Origin: a virus
Taxonomy: Duplodnaviria; Caudoviricetes
Strand: one strand, 5' to 3'
DNA length: 50,092 nt
IMG/VR virus record: IMGVR_UViG_3300009406_000093
Span: 1 to 50,092 of that record
Shown here one piece after another: positions 7,234 through 16,476 of the stretch. A program made the translations under genes and the position numbers. Numbering within the stretch: position 1 is the stretch's first letter; each line of letters begins with the position of its first letter. Below the pieces are notes generated by a model. It was not told the origin of the DNA, did not search any database, and saw only the letters and a program-made list of their open reading frames with translations.

Positions 7234-7674
7234 TTAGTCTTCGTCTTGTTTGTGTTTATTTGGAATGTATTTCTTATTAATACGTTGCGTTTGACGGAAA
7301 AGATGATCCATTGCTTCTATTAAGGACTCTTTTGCATCTTCACTCATAGGTTCACCGGAAAAGTTTAATCCGTCCGCGTTTGTAAGGTCTTTTTTAAATT
7401 CATTTAAACGTTTAGCAATGTCTTTTTCATCTTTAGATTTAGCGACTTCTTTGTCGTTTCCATCTTTACGATTATCTACCTTCCCCAACAAGTAGTCCGT
7501 CGTAACATCGAAATACTCCGCAATCTTTACAATTGTTTCGTAGTCGGGTTTTCTTTCGCCAGATTCATAACGGGACAAAACCACATTCGAAACTCCGATT
7601 TTCTTCGCGAAATCCACTTGTTGAATATCTTCTGAATCCCGAAGGTTTCTAATTCTGTTTCCTAATATAGACAT
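7234..7674 (-). CDS. immR: XRE-family HTH immunity repressor
   Basis: QVDFAKKIGVSNVVLSRYESGERKP; divergent from cro. Confidence 0.93.
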   Translation of the reverse strand: MSILGNRIRNLRDSEDIQQVDFAKKIGVSNVVLSRYESGERKPDYETIVKIAEYFDVTTDYLLGKVDNRKDGNDKEVAKSKDEKDIAKRLNEFKKDLTNADGLNFSGEPMSEDAKESLIEAMDHLFRQTQRINKKYIPNKHKQDED

Positions 7675-7707
7675 CGTATTCCACCTTCTATATGGTAATT
7701 TCTTTAT

Positions 7708-7818
7708 ATTTTAACACTTACCGCATTGGTAATTAATATAATTACCGAATAGGTAACAAACTTGTTGACATTACCAGATAGGTAATGTATATTTAATTTA
7801 GAGTTACCGAAAAGGTAA
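7708..7818. promoter_or_regulatory. Genetic switch: four TTACC-N5-GGTAA operators and divergent promoters
   Basis: Operators at 7718-7732, 7742-7756, 7771-7785, 7804-7818; rightward TTGACA(7765)-17-TATATT(7788); leftward extended -10 TGtTAAAAT (7716-7708). Confidence 0.9.
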
Positions 7819-7838
7819 TTGAAAGGAGGCGAAACATC

Positions 7839-8075
7839 TTGTCGAAACGTGATGTAGTGAACCTTCCATTCATTCGCGAATTAAGAATCGAGAAAAATAT
7901 CTCTACAGAGGAAATGTCGATTCAACTAGGTTACGAGGGCTATCAAGCGTATTATTATAAAGAACGAGGTATTCGTAAAATGAGTGTAGAAGACATCGCT
8001 CGAATTGCAACAATTTTAAATGTACCTATTGGAAAACTTTTTTTTGAAGATGAAATTACCGAATCGGCAATTTAA
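7839..8075 (+). CDS. Cro-like HTH regulator
   Basis: Short XRE HTH, SD GAAAGGAGG, first gene of the lytic operon. Confidence 0.88.
   Translation: MSKRDVVNLPFIRELRIEKNISTEEMSIQLGYEGYQAYYYKERGIRKMSVEDIARIATILNVPIGKLFFEDEITESAI
8056..8070. promoter_or_regulatory. Fifth, degenerate operator at the end of cro
   Basis: TTACC-GAATC-GGCAA. Confidence 0.6.
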
Positions 8076-8089
8076 TGAACTGAATCGCC

Positions 8090-8200
8090 TCACACCCAAA
8101 CACAAGTGATCGAACTAGCCACCTGCGCCACGACCTCTTATGAGCGAGCGACAAACAGAGTTAAAGCGCAACGACTTCGATTTCTTGTCTTTGGGTGTGA
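8090..8200. ncRNA. Long imperfect RNA hairpin between cro and the xis-like gene
   Basis: 8090-8114 and 8176-8200 are a 22/25 inverted repeat; inner TGCGC/GCGCA and CTCT/AGAG pairs. Confidence 0.55.
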
Positions 8201-8223
8201 CAGAAGAGAAGGGAGGAAGTCAA

Positions 8224-8499
8224 ATGTCAATCGCCCAAGTCAACGTAGTGGTTGATCAAAACGAAATCAGAAACCAGATTATCGAAAAATTAGACGAAAC
8301 GTTTCGCGAAGTAATGTTTACGTGGGATATCGATGAAATGGTAAAGCGCACTTGTATGAGTAAATCGTTTCTCGAACAAGAATTTCTACACGATCCACGA
8401 ATGCGTTTAGTTCAAAGGCAGAAGCCAAGAGGAAAGCGATTTTGGTTTTACGAACCATCGAAGAAAGCAATGCAAGAAATCATGGATGAGTGGGAATAA
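8224..8499 (+). CDS. Excisionase-like winged-HTH protein, paralog 1
   Basis: SD GGGAGG before ATG 8224; [26 protein letters not shown] pattern; position after cro. Confidence 0.65.
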   Translation: MSIAQVNVVVDQNEIRNQIIEKLDETFREVMFTWDIDEMVKRTCMSKSFLEQEFLHDPRMRLVQRQKPRGKRFWFYEPSKKAMQEIMDEWE

Positions 8500-8508
8500 A
8501 AAATAAAC

Positions 8509-8535
8509 GCGTTGACAGGCGCAAATGTGTGGGAT
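8509..8535 (+). repeat. Copy 2 of the int-leader motif, just after the xis-like gene
   Basis: GCGTTGACAGGCGCAAATGTGTGGGAT. Confidence 0.85.
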
Positions 8536-8566
8536 TTAGAAATCTTCTATATAGGAGGCGAGAGGG

Positions 8567-8695
8567 ATGGAACAAGCGCAGCAAACAAAGATTAGCAAAT
8601 GCATCGTGTGCAAAAAAGAAGAACACCATAACGAAGCAATCTATTGCACACGATGTGGAACTAAATTAACCAACGAGAAACCATTATTGCATTAA
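8567..8695 (+). CDS. 42-aa zinc-ribbon protein (not in the ORF track)
   Basis: SD AGGAGG; MEQAQQTKISKCIVCKKEEHHNEAIYCTRCGTKLTNEKPLLH. Confidence 0.7.
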   Translation: MEQAQQTKISKCIVCKKEEHHNEAIYCTRCGTKLTNEKPLLH

Positions 8696-9018
8696 TACGG
8701 AAGATCGTCATTTGTGGATGTTGCGGGCGCTATGATTTCGACTTCTGGATACTTGTTTTCTATCAAACCTTTACTAGCAAATAAAGAAATGGTTGCACAC
8801 TTCTTACAGAAAACAGCTTCGGGTTCGAGTGTTATACCGCAAGGGTCGTTGTTTCCATAAGCTTGGTTGTCATCGTTTGTGCATCGGTTTACTAAGGGCG
8901 CAGCACACTTTTGACAGAAAATATCATTTTCTTCTCTTTCATCTGGTGTTATCGCTTCGCATCGTAAACATTGTACAACAAAGCTATCACTGAAAGTCTT
9001 TACCATTTTTATCACCAC
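8692..9018 (-). CDS. Double zinc-ribbon moron protein with SSB-like acidic tail
   Basis: CLRC, CQKC, CKKC; ends NDDLPY; has its own SD and promoter. Confidence 0.8.
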   Translation of the reverse strand: MVIKMVKTFSDSFVVQCLRCEAITPDEREENDIFCQKCAAPLVNRCTNDDNQAYGNNDPCGITLEPEAVFCKKCATISLFASKGLIENKYPEVEIIAPATSTNDDLPY

Positions 9019-9032
9019 CCTCCACCGTCACT

Positions 9033-9058
9033 ATTCGACAAGGAGGAACAGAATACCT
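9033..9058 (-). promoter_or_regulatory. SigH-like promoter for the zinc-ribbon moron
   Basis: AGGTATT-12-GTCGAAT. Confidence 0.5.
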
Positions 9059-9078
9059 ACTAAAAGGAGGAAGTGTAA

Positions 9079-9786
9079 ATGAATGAATTACAAAAGATGT
9101 TCGATTACGAGAACCACCAGATGAGGACTGTACTTAGAAACGAAGAACCTTGGTTTGTTGCGATTGATGTCTGTCGAATTCTTGATCTAACGAATCCCAC
9201 GGTGGCGCTCGGTCGTTTGGACGAAGATGAACGGGCTAAGTTCAACTTAGGGCGTCAAGGTGAAGCAAATATCGTTAATGAAAGCGGATTGTACGAATTA
9301 GTATTCGCAAGCAGAAAAGAAGAAGCGAAAGATTTCCGAAGATGGATCAGAAAAGACGTGCTTCCTTCTATAAGAAGGACAGGTTCTTATCAAGTGGATC
9401 AACCGAGCAATACAAAACTTCTATTGCAAACAGCTCTTCAACAAGAAGAGAGGATTGACGCTGTTGAAACAGATGTGAAGTACTTGCAAAATCACATGCG
9501 AATCAACGGACCACAAGAACAACGTATTGGAGCAAACGGACGAGGCAAGGTCATTGAATGCCTAGGCGGTATAAAAACAAACGCGTATAAAGAGATAGGC
9601 AAAAAAGCGTTCTCTCAATTTTGGAGAGACTTCAAGAAATACTTCGAGATTCCTAGATACGGAGAATTGCCAAAGGTTCGATTTGAGGAGGCGATCCAAT
9701 TCATCCAAGAATGGTCACCAGATACGGCTTTGCGGATTGAAATCAAGAAATTGAATGCACAACAACATTTAAAACTAGCGGAGTAA
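9079..9786 (+). CDS. Phage antirepressor (Bro-N plus ORF6C)
   Basis: [36 protein letters not shown]; C-terminal [13 protein letters not shown]. Confidence 0.9.
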   Translation: MNELQKMFDYENHQMRTVLRNEEPWFVAIDVCRILDLTNPTVALGRLDEDERAKFNLGRQGEANIVNESGLYELVFASRKEEAKDFRRWIRKDVLPSIRRTGSYQVDQPSNTKLLLQTALQQEERIDAVETDVKYLQNHMRINGPQEQRIGANGRGKVIECLGGIKTNAYKEIGKKAFSQFWRDFKKYFEIPRYGELPKVRFEEAIQFIQEWSPDTALRIEIKKLNAQQHLKLAE

Positions 9787-9845
9787 ATCGGAGAGGGGCG
9801 GGCAAGCCCCTATGCAGAAAAGTTTTTTAAGAAAGGAGCGACAAT

Positions 9846-10148
9846 ATGTCAACAGAAAGTACAGTGATTCAAACGCTCTTTGAAATGTCGGGCATAACAC
9901 CCGAAAAGGTGAATCAACGGCTTACTGAAATAGTAGACTCAGCAGCTCAGCCGTTAATTCTTTTCTGGGAAATCAACGACATTGTACGAGCAACTACTTA
10001 CAGTCGCAAGTTTTTGGAGGACCACATTTTAAACGATCCGCGTGTCCGACGCTACGAACGTCAGCGTGAAAAAGGTGGCAAGCGTGTCTGGCTGAGAGAA
10101 CCGACAGCGAAGGCTTTGCAAGAAATTATTATGAATGAATGGTTGTAA
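9846..10148 (+). CDS. Excisionase-like protein, paralog 2
   Basis: Aligns by eye with 8224-8499 (WxIxx..S..FLE....DPR....R....GKR.W..EP...A.QEI..EW). Confidence 0.6.
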   Translation: MSTESTVIQTLFEMSGITPEKVNQRLTEIVDSAAQPLILFWEINDIVRATTYSRKFLEDHILNDPRVRRYERQREKGGKRVWLREPTAKALQEIIMNEWL

Positions 10149-10230
10149 GGAGGGGTCTCACTTACAAGTTAACTATACAACGAGATTAAGAGATACCCTA
10201 TGTCAACTTGACATAAAAGGGGGTGAGTGT

Positions 10231-10512
10231 ATGGATTACGGTGCAATATTAAGAGCTTGTCGAATGCGGAAAGGTTGGACGCAAGAAGATTTAGCGCATG
10301 AATTAAACATTGAACAAGCAGATGTGTCGCGTTTTGAAAATGACAGAAGAGAACTTCCGATGTCGATGTTTCAAAGGTGGGCAATGGCTACAGGTTCACA
10401 AGATGTACTCGTTGCTTTTATAGCTGGTATTGAAGGTGTGACGATACTATCGAGTATTTTAACTACATTTGGCACATCAGTAATAGGGGGATTCATTAAT
10501 TTTTTAATCTAG
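10231..10512 (+). CDS. XRE HTH protein
   Basis: WTQEDLAHELNIEQADVSRFEN; SD GGGGGTGA before ATG 10231. Confidence 0.85.
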   Translation: MDYGAILRACRMRKGWTQEDLAHELNIEQADVSRFENDRRELPMSMFQRWAMATGSQDVLVAFIAGIEGVTILSSILTTFGTSVIGGFINFLI

Positions 10513-10521
10513 GAGGAAATC

Positions 10522-10803
10522 ATGAAATTACAAGACTATAAAAAAGAAGACGTTGCTGAAATGATGGAGTTAAAAAAGTTAGTGCTGCATCAAAACGAAA
10601 AGATTGAAATGAATCTCTGGTCTGACTCAATCGATGAAGCAATCGCAAGAACGCTTAACCAATATCAAACACTTCAAAAGTTACGAGTCATGAAATCAGC
10701 TAAAGAATATGAAGAAAAACTGCAATCGCTGTGCAATGAACTGAAAAGAAAAGGCGTCACATTTCAAACAATTCCATATTGTAGACACAAAAAAACCGAC
10801 TGA
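10522..10803 (+). CDS. Hypothetical phage protein
   Basis: SD AGGAGG, 93 aa. Confidence 0.75.
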   Translation: MKLQDYKKEDVAEMMELKKLVLHQNEKIEMNLWSDSIDEAIARTLNQYQTLQKLRVMKSAKEYEEKLQSLCNELKRKGVTFQTIPYCRHKKTD

Positions 10804-10859
10804 CATTGGGTGTCAAATCGGCTAACGAAATAAAACTTCTATTGAAAGTATAACACAAA

Positions 10860-10972
10860 GAGAGAGCTTTGGCTCCTCTCGAAGTATCTAAGAGTCTATT
10901 GTTAATTTCTTCCTCTTATTAACGATAAAAACTGGTATGGCTCTTAGATACTTCGATGGGATTCAACCATCT
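10860..10972 (+). ncRNA. Candidate structured phage small RNA (hairpin, long stem, hairpin)
   Basis: TCGAAGTATCTAAGAG/CTCTTAGATACTTCGA perfect 16-bp stem; inner stem with TTCTTCCTCT loop; TATAAC -10 just upstream. Confidence 0.55.
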
Positions 10973-10996
10973 ATTAAAAGAAAGGAAGTGAACACA

Positions 10997-11101
10997 TTGA
11001 CTGAATGGGGATTAATGTTTGTTTTTACACTTGTATTTGGTCTACCAACGGCGTTTAGTTTTGGTGTTATGTGGGCTAAAACAGGGAGGGATGAAGTGTG
11101 A
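10997..11101 (+). CDS. 34-aa single-TM peptide
   Basis: SD AAAGGAAGTGA, TTG start, hydrophobic core, stop overlaps the next start. Confidence 0.55.
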   Translation: MTEWGLMFVFTLVFGLPTAFSFGVMWAKTGRDEV

Positions 11102-11289
11102 GGGGAAAAATAAAATTGTCATCAAGTAACTATTGCGGTGAGTGCGAAAAAGACTTTGGGCCTGGCGAAATCGTTTACTTTACTTGGTTCGAAAATCGGT
11201 CGTTTTGTGTTGAATGCCACGTTAAATTGAAGTCGGAAATCAAGGATTGGGAACCACGAAAAATTCCGGAAGGGGATGAAGAAGCATGA
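11098..11289 (+). CDS. Small Cys-rich protein
   Basis: CGEC...CVEC; coupled to neighbours. Confidence 0.7.
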   Translation: MRGKIKLSSSNYCGECEKDFGPGEIVYFTWFENRSFCVECHVKLKSEIKDWEPRKIPEGDEEA

Positions 11290-11471
11290 CGAAGAAAACA
11301 TACCACTGGGAAATTCACGCAATGGAAGAATCTAAACCTTACTTTGTATCAACTGAAAGAGATTGCGTTTTGTCAGCAGCAACTCAATTTACTGAAACAT
11401 GGGGCGAGAACATCAGCGTCTACTCAATTCGTAAATCATCCGAAACTATTGATTATTTGGAGGTGGGTTGA
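11286..11471 (+). CDS. Hypothetical protein
   Basis: ATGA overlap with the upstream gene. Confidence 0.65.
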   Translation: MTKKTYHWEIHAMEESKPYFVSTERDCVLSAATQFTETWGENISVYSIRKSSETIDYLEVG

Positions 11472-11627
11472 TTGGGTGAACATGCAGAAATGGCACTTGA
11501 AGGCGTTTGCTGTTTTGGTTGCGGATCATTTATGGATGCTGAACCAGAAGGTATTCCTATGTATTGCACACCTTGCTATAACGAAATATCAACTATTGAT
11601 CTTGAATCTGAAATTGAACAAAAATAA
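11472..11627 (+). CDS. 51-aa Cys-rich phage protein (not in the ORF track)
   Basis: SD GGAGG; MGEHAEMALEGVCCFGCG...YCTPC. Confidence 0.65.
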   Translation: MGEHAEMALEGVCCFGCGSFMDAEPEGIPMYCTPCYNEISTIDLESEIEQK

Positions 11628-11719
11628 ACCCGCTGCACCAACAGCGAGTTCGGGGTTCTGAAAAATATAGTTACTCACAGTTTAGTACAGAACCCCTTAT
11701 AAATCAAGGAGGGAACGAT

Positions 11720-11947
11720 TTGGACAAGCACATATTCACGTTTGGCACGCGTCACCACTTGTCTGCTCATCACCAAGTAATCTATGCAAGTTATCCAGAC
11801 ACTGCGGAACAAAAGATGTTTGAAGTTCATGGTCGGGATTGGGCGTTTCAGTACACGGAAAAAATATGGGAACAGTCGAAGTTAGAAGGATTCTTTAAAA
11901 ACAATCTACCATTAGAAACAGTTTATTACTGTGAGGAGGAAGAATAA
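11720..11947 (+). CDS. Hypothetical protein
   Basis: SD AAGGAGG; stop overlaps the next ATG. Confidence 0.7.
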   Translation: MDKHIFTFGTRHHLSAHHQVIYASYPDTAEQKMFEVHGRDWAFQYTEKIWEQSKLEGFFKNNLPLETVYYCEEEE

Positions 11948-13983
11948 TGAAAAACATAACAACAATTGATGGTGTAGCTGGGAATTTAATGGACCACTTA
12001 AAAGAAATTAAATTGATGAACTTAACAATGAAAAACTTTAAAGGGATAAAGGACTTCACGCTGGACTTGAACGGTGAAGATGTTCGCGTGTCCGGAGACA
12101 ACGCGACAGGAAAAACAACGATTTACGATAGTTTCCTATGGCTTTTGTTCAATAAAGACAGCAATAATCGCGCTGATTTCGCAATTAAAACACTGAAAGA
12201 CGGTAAAGAAATCAACAATCTCGAACATGAGGTTGAAGCGCATTTCCAAATTGATGGACAAGCCTTAATTTTACGCAAAACATACAAAGAAAAATGGACG
12301 AAAAAGCGCGGTGCGCCAATGGCTGAGTTTACAGGTCACGAAACAGATCACTATATCGACGGTGTTCCAGTAAAGAAAAAGGAATATGCCGACAAGGTAG
12401 ATTCACTCGTAAAAGAGGAAGTGTTCAAACTTCTTACTTCACCAACATTCTTCAACGAACAAATGAAATGGCAAGACCGTAGGGCGACGCTGCTTGAAGT
12501 GTGCGGTGATGTTGAAGAAATGGATGTACTTGCATTCAACAGTGCACTGAAAGACCTTCCAACTATATTGAAAGGTCGCACGATTGAGGACCACAGGAAA
12601 GTAATAGCTGCAAGACGTGCCGAAATTAACAAGGAACTAAACATGATTCCGGTGCGAATTGACGAAATTAACAATTCAATGCCAACAGAAGAAATAAACG
12701 TTTCTTCTATAGAGAAAGAAATTGCAACGATTGAAAAACAACTCAATGAAAACGCAACGCTAATCAACAACATCAATAATGGATCCGCGATTACTGAAAA
12801 ACAGAACGAATTGAGACAGATTGAAATGGACCTGGAAGCAATAAAACGGGAACTTGAATCTGAATCTGTCGAAGAAGGATTTAAAGTGCAAGCTAAAATG
12901 CAAGAAGAACAGTCGAATGTAGCTATTCTAAAGCGTAAAAAAGATGATGCAGATCACCAAATCCAAAAATACGAAAAAGATGTGATTGCGTTTGATGAAA
13001 AACTAATTGAACTTCGTGAACGATGGACAAAAGAGAACGAACTTGTATACGAGCATAATCATGAAAATGATGGTGTTTGCCCGACTTGCAGTCAATCCTT
13101 ACCAGTCGAAGAAATCGAAGCGGCCAAAAACAAAGCAGTTGCTGCGTTTAATCTAGCAAAGGCAAAAGAATTAGAAAAAATCAATAGTAACGGAAAATCT
13201 ATTTCCGAAGACAAAACACAAACACTTGAAAAAATTGAGAAATTAAAAGAAACAGCTTCTTCTGCGCAGTCTCAGATAGACGAAAAGAACAAAGTTGTAA
13301 CGAAGTTAGAAAGCGAACTAGACACGCTTAGGAAAGCTCTTATGGACGCTAGAAAAAGCGATAAATATCAAGCTAAAGCAAAAGAAATTATCGAAGTTGA
13401 AAAAACGATAAGTGTGTTGCAAGAAAACGCGCAACAAGCCGTTTCAGACATTGAAAAAGTAGTTGCCGAACTACGTACAGAACGCGCTGAATTGAATGCT
13501 TATATCGCGAAACAAGCACAATCAACTGCATCAATTAAACGTATCGCTGAACTTGAAGAACAACAAAAAGATTTAGCTGCCGAATTCGAAAAACTGGAAC
13601 ACGAACTTTATCTAACTGAGCAATTCATTCAGTCAAAAGTGAAGTTACTGGAAGACAAGATTAACTCGAAGTTTAAGTATGCCAGGTTCAATCTTTTCAA
13701 AACGAATATAAATGGCGGTATTGAAGAAATATGTGAAACAACATTCGAAGGCGTTCCATTTTCAAGCGGGTTAAACAATGCAGCACGTATAAACGTAGGA
13801 ATCGACATTATTAACACGCTGACAGAGCATTACGGAATTCGTGCCCCGATTTTTGTGGACAACAGTGAAGCGGTCACTCGTTTAGCGAATACAGATTCAC
13901 AGCTTATCAGTTTAGTAGTTTCCGAAAAGGACAAGCAATTAAGAGTTGAAAAGCAAGCGGTAAATATGAAGGAGGCTATTTAA
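11947..13983 (+). CDS. SMC/Rad50-like AAA ATPase (phage recombination)
   Basis: Walker A GDNATGKT, coiled coil with CPTC hook, Walker B IFVDNSE. Confidence 0.9.
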   Translation: MKNITTIDGVAGNLMDHLKEIKLMNLTMKNFKGIKDFTLDLNGEDVRVSGDNATGKTTIYDSFLWLLFNKDSNNRADFAIKTLKDGKEINNLEHEVEAHFQIDGQALILRKTYKEKWTKKRGAPMAEFTGHETDHYIDGVPVKKKEYADKVDSLVKEEVFKLLTSPTFFNEQMKWQDRRATLLEVCGDVEEMDVLAFNSALKDLPTILKGRTIEDHRKVIAARRAEINKELNMIPVRIDEINNSMPTEEINVSSIEKEIATIEKQLNENATLINNINNGSAITEKQNELRQIEMDLEAIKRELESESVEEGFKVQAKMQEEQSNVAILKRKKDDADHQIQKYEKDVIAFDEKLIELRERWTKENELVYEHNHENDGVCPTCSQSLPVEEIEAAKNKAVAAFNLAKAKELEKINSNGKSISEDKTQTLEKIEKLKETASSAQSQIDEKNKVVTKLESELDTLRKALMDARKSDKYQAKAKEIIEVEKTISVLQENAQQAVSDIEKVVAELRTERAELNAYIAKQAQSTASIKRIAELEEQQKDLAAEFEKLEHELYLTEQFIQSKVKLLEDKINSKFKYARFNLFKTNINGGIEEICETTFEGVPFSSGLNNAARINVGIDIINTLTEHYGIRAPIFVDNSEAVTRLANTDSQLISLVVSEKDKQLRVEKQAVNMKEAI

Positions 13984-14901
13984 ATGACAAATCAATCAGT
14001 AGCAATCATTCAAAAAGATATTACGGACAGCGTAAATAACAACTTAGCAAGGTTACAAGAGGACGGCTTAATACTTCCAGCCAACTACAACGCAAGCAAT
14101 GCTCTGAAGAGTGCATTTTTCAAGCTACAAGAAACAAAAGATAAAAGTGGGAAAGCCGCACTGGACGTTTGTTCAAGGGAGTCAATTGCTAACTCGCTGC
14201 TAGATATGGTCGTACAAGGTTTAAGTCCGGCGAAAACACAGTGTTACTTCATTGTGTATGGTGCCCAATTGCAGTTGAATCGCTCATACTTCGGCACGCA
14301 AGCCGTTCTTAAACGCTTAACGAACGTAAAAGACATTTGGGCGAACGTAATTTACCAAGATGATGTATTTGATTACGAAAATGACAGAGGTCGTGAAAAG
14401 TTAGTCAGTCATAAAACTGCATTCGAAAACAGAGATAAAAACATCATTGGAGCGTATGCAGTGATCCAAACGGCAGACGATGAAGAATTACTTACTGTGA
14501 TGACCAGGAAAGAGTTTGAAGCATCGTGGAGCCAGTCGAAGACAGGACAAGCGGTACACAAAAAATTCCCGCAAGAAATGGCGAAACGTACTGTAATTAA
14601 TCGCGCTGCAAAAGCTTTTATAAACACAAGTGACGACAGCGATTTATTAGTACAAGCGATTAACAATTCAACAGAAGCTGAATACGACAATGAAAGAAAA
14701 GAAGTAGGTCCTCAACATGAAGTGAATGAAAAAGCGAATACGGAAGCGCTCGACTTCGTGCCTGAACCTGATAAGAATAAGCCTGATGTGTCGACAACGA
14801 ATGTGAATGAAGAGTTCGTTGATGTGAACACAGGCGAAATTATAGCAAACTTCGAGGCTACGCAACAAAAAGAATCTGTTGCTGCTGTACCAGGCTTCTA
14901 A
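13984..14901 (+). CDS. recT: RecT-family single-strand annealing protein
   Basis: GLSPAKTQCYFIVYG, EMAKRTVINRAAK. Confidence 0.9.
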   Translation: MTNQSVAIIQKDITDSVNNNLARLQEDGLILPANYNASNALKSAFFKLQETKDKSGKAALDVCSRESIANSLLDMVVQGLSPAKTQCYFIVYGAQLQLNRSYFGTQAVLKRLTNVKDIWANVIYQDDVFDYENDRGREKLVSHKTAFENRDKNIIGAYAVIQTADDEELLTVMTRKEFEASWSQSKTGQAVHKKFPQEMAKRTVINRAAKAFINTSDDSDLLVQAINNSTEAEYDNERKEVGPQHEVNEKANTEALDFVPEPDKNKPDVSTTNVNEEFVDVNTGEIIANFEATQQKESVAAVPGF

Positions 14902-15597
14902 ATGGAAATCAAAACAATCGCTACTGGATCAACTGGTAACTGTTATTTAATTGATGATGGAGAATCCCGGCTCATAATTGAGCTGGGCGTCACCTTCAAA
15001 CGAATCCAACAAGCATTAGACTATGAAACTCTGAAAGTATCAGCTGCATTAATTAGCCACTCACACAAAGATCACTGTAAAGGTGTTCAAGGGGCGCTTG
15101 ACGCTTCGATGGACGTTTACTTGTCAAAGGCTACAACGGACGAGATAGGCATACAGCACAACCGAATAAAGCAATATACAAACAAGCAGCAGTTCAGAGT
15201 TGGGACGTTTACGATTTTACCATTTGACGTAAAGCATGATGTCGAAAATCACGGATTCCTTATCCAGAGTGACAACGGAAGCAAATTACTTTTTGCTACT
15301 GATACTTACTACGTTAAATACAAGTTTTCGGGACTTACACACTTAATGATTGAAGCGAATTATTCAGAAGCGATTCTTAATGAAAACATCGAGCGCGGAA
15401 CGATACATGAATTTCTTGCAAAACGAATCAAGGCATCTCATTTTTCATTAGAAAACGTGATCGAATTTATGAAAGCTAATGACTTGTCAAAAGTTCAAGA
15501 AATTCATTTATTGCATTTATCGAGTAGTAATTCCGATGAAGAAATGTTTAAAAAAGAGGTACAAGAAGCAACAGGGAAACTCGTGTACGTGCCATAA
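14902..15597 (+). CDS. Metallo-beta-lactamase-fold nuclease
   Basis: SHSHKDH, HD, TDT, EANY, HLS motifs. Confidence 0.9.
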   Translation: MEIKTIATGSTGNCYLIDDGESRLIIELGVTFKRIQQALDYETLKVSAALISHSHKDHCKGVQGALDASMDVYLSKATTDEIGIQHNRIKQYTNKQQFRVGTFTILPFDVKHDVENHGFLIQSDNGSKLLFATDTYYVKYKFSGLTHLMIEANYSEAILNENIERGTIHEFLAKRIKASHFSLENVIEFMKANDLSKVQEIHLLHLSSSNSDEEMFKKEVQEATGKLVYVP

Positions 15598-15615
15598 AAA
15601 TGAGGGGGTGGAAGA

Positions 15616-16476
15616 ATGGGCGGCTTTATTAAAGACTATCGATCAGAACTAAGGAGCGACATTTGGATGATGCCCCCTCTTTATCACAGAGTTTGGCAAT
15701 ACCTAAAATATAAAGTAAATCATTCGCCTAATAAAATCCCTATGGAAGACGGAAACTTTTTTTCTATCAGTCCAGGACAACATTTAACATCTGTCAGAAG
15801 CATTGCGCAAGGCGTTGGATATTACGAAGGTTTGGTCTGGAAAGAGCCAAATCCAAGAACTATTTCGAAGATTTTGGAGTGGTTGGAGAAGCAGCTAATG
15901 ATCTCTATAGACCGCGGTAGGGGTAACAGACAATATACACTCGTAACGTTGTTAAATTGGGATTCGTACCAAGTTAATAACGAAGGGGGTAACAGCAAAA
16001 CAACAGAGGGTACATCAGGTAGTAAACAGCAAGTGCATATAAAGAAGAATGATAAAGAATGTTTAAAGAATGAAAAGAAGAAAGAAGTCGGTAAACGAGT
16101 TTACGACGAGACTTCAATTCATTTCCAATTAGCTAGTAGATTATTTAAAAATATACTCGAAAACAATCCAAATCATAAAAAGCCTAATTTACAAGCTTGG
16201 TCGAATGACGTCCGATTGATGATGGAACGCGACAAACGAAACGAAGAACAAATCATCTATGTGATTGACTGGTGTCAGAATGACGAGTTTTGGAAATCTA
16301 ATGTTCTGTCAATTTCGAAGCTGAGAGAAAGATTCGACCAATTGATAATCCAAATTAAGAGCAATCGTAAGAAGTCGGATGTACCAATAGTTCCTGTCTA
16401 TGAGGAGGTTAAACCACTTGAAAAACGTGATGGAAAGAATACTAGCAAATTCGGGGATGTCAAACTCTTTAGATAA
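15616..16476 (+). CDS. Phage replication initiator
   Basis: N-terminal wHTH; C-terminal FWKSNVLSISKLRERFDQL; precedes the helicase loader. Confidence 0.85.
   Translation: MGGFIKDYRSELRSDIWMMPPLYHRVWQYLKYKVNHSPNKIPMEDGNFFSISPGQHLTSVRSIAQGVGYYEGLVWKEPNPRTISKILEWLEKQLMISIDRGRGNRQYTLVTLLNWDSYQVNNEGGNSKTTEGTSGSKQQVHIKKNDKECLKNEKKKEVGKRVYDETSIHFQLASRLFKNILENNPNHKKPNLQAWSNDVRLMMERDKRNEEQIIYVIDWCQNDEFWKSNVLSISKLRERFDQLIIQIKSNRKKSDVPIVPVYEEVKPLEKRDGKNTSKFGDVKLFR
15920..16035. repeat. Probable origin iterons within the initiator gene
   Basis: GGGGTAACAG at 15920 and 15986, plus AACAG(C)AA variants. Confidence 0.45.
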
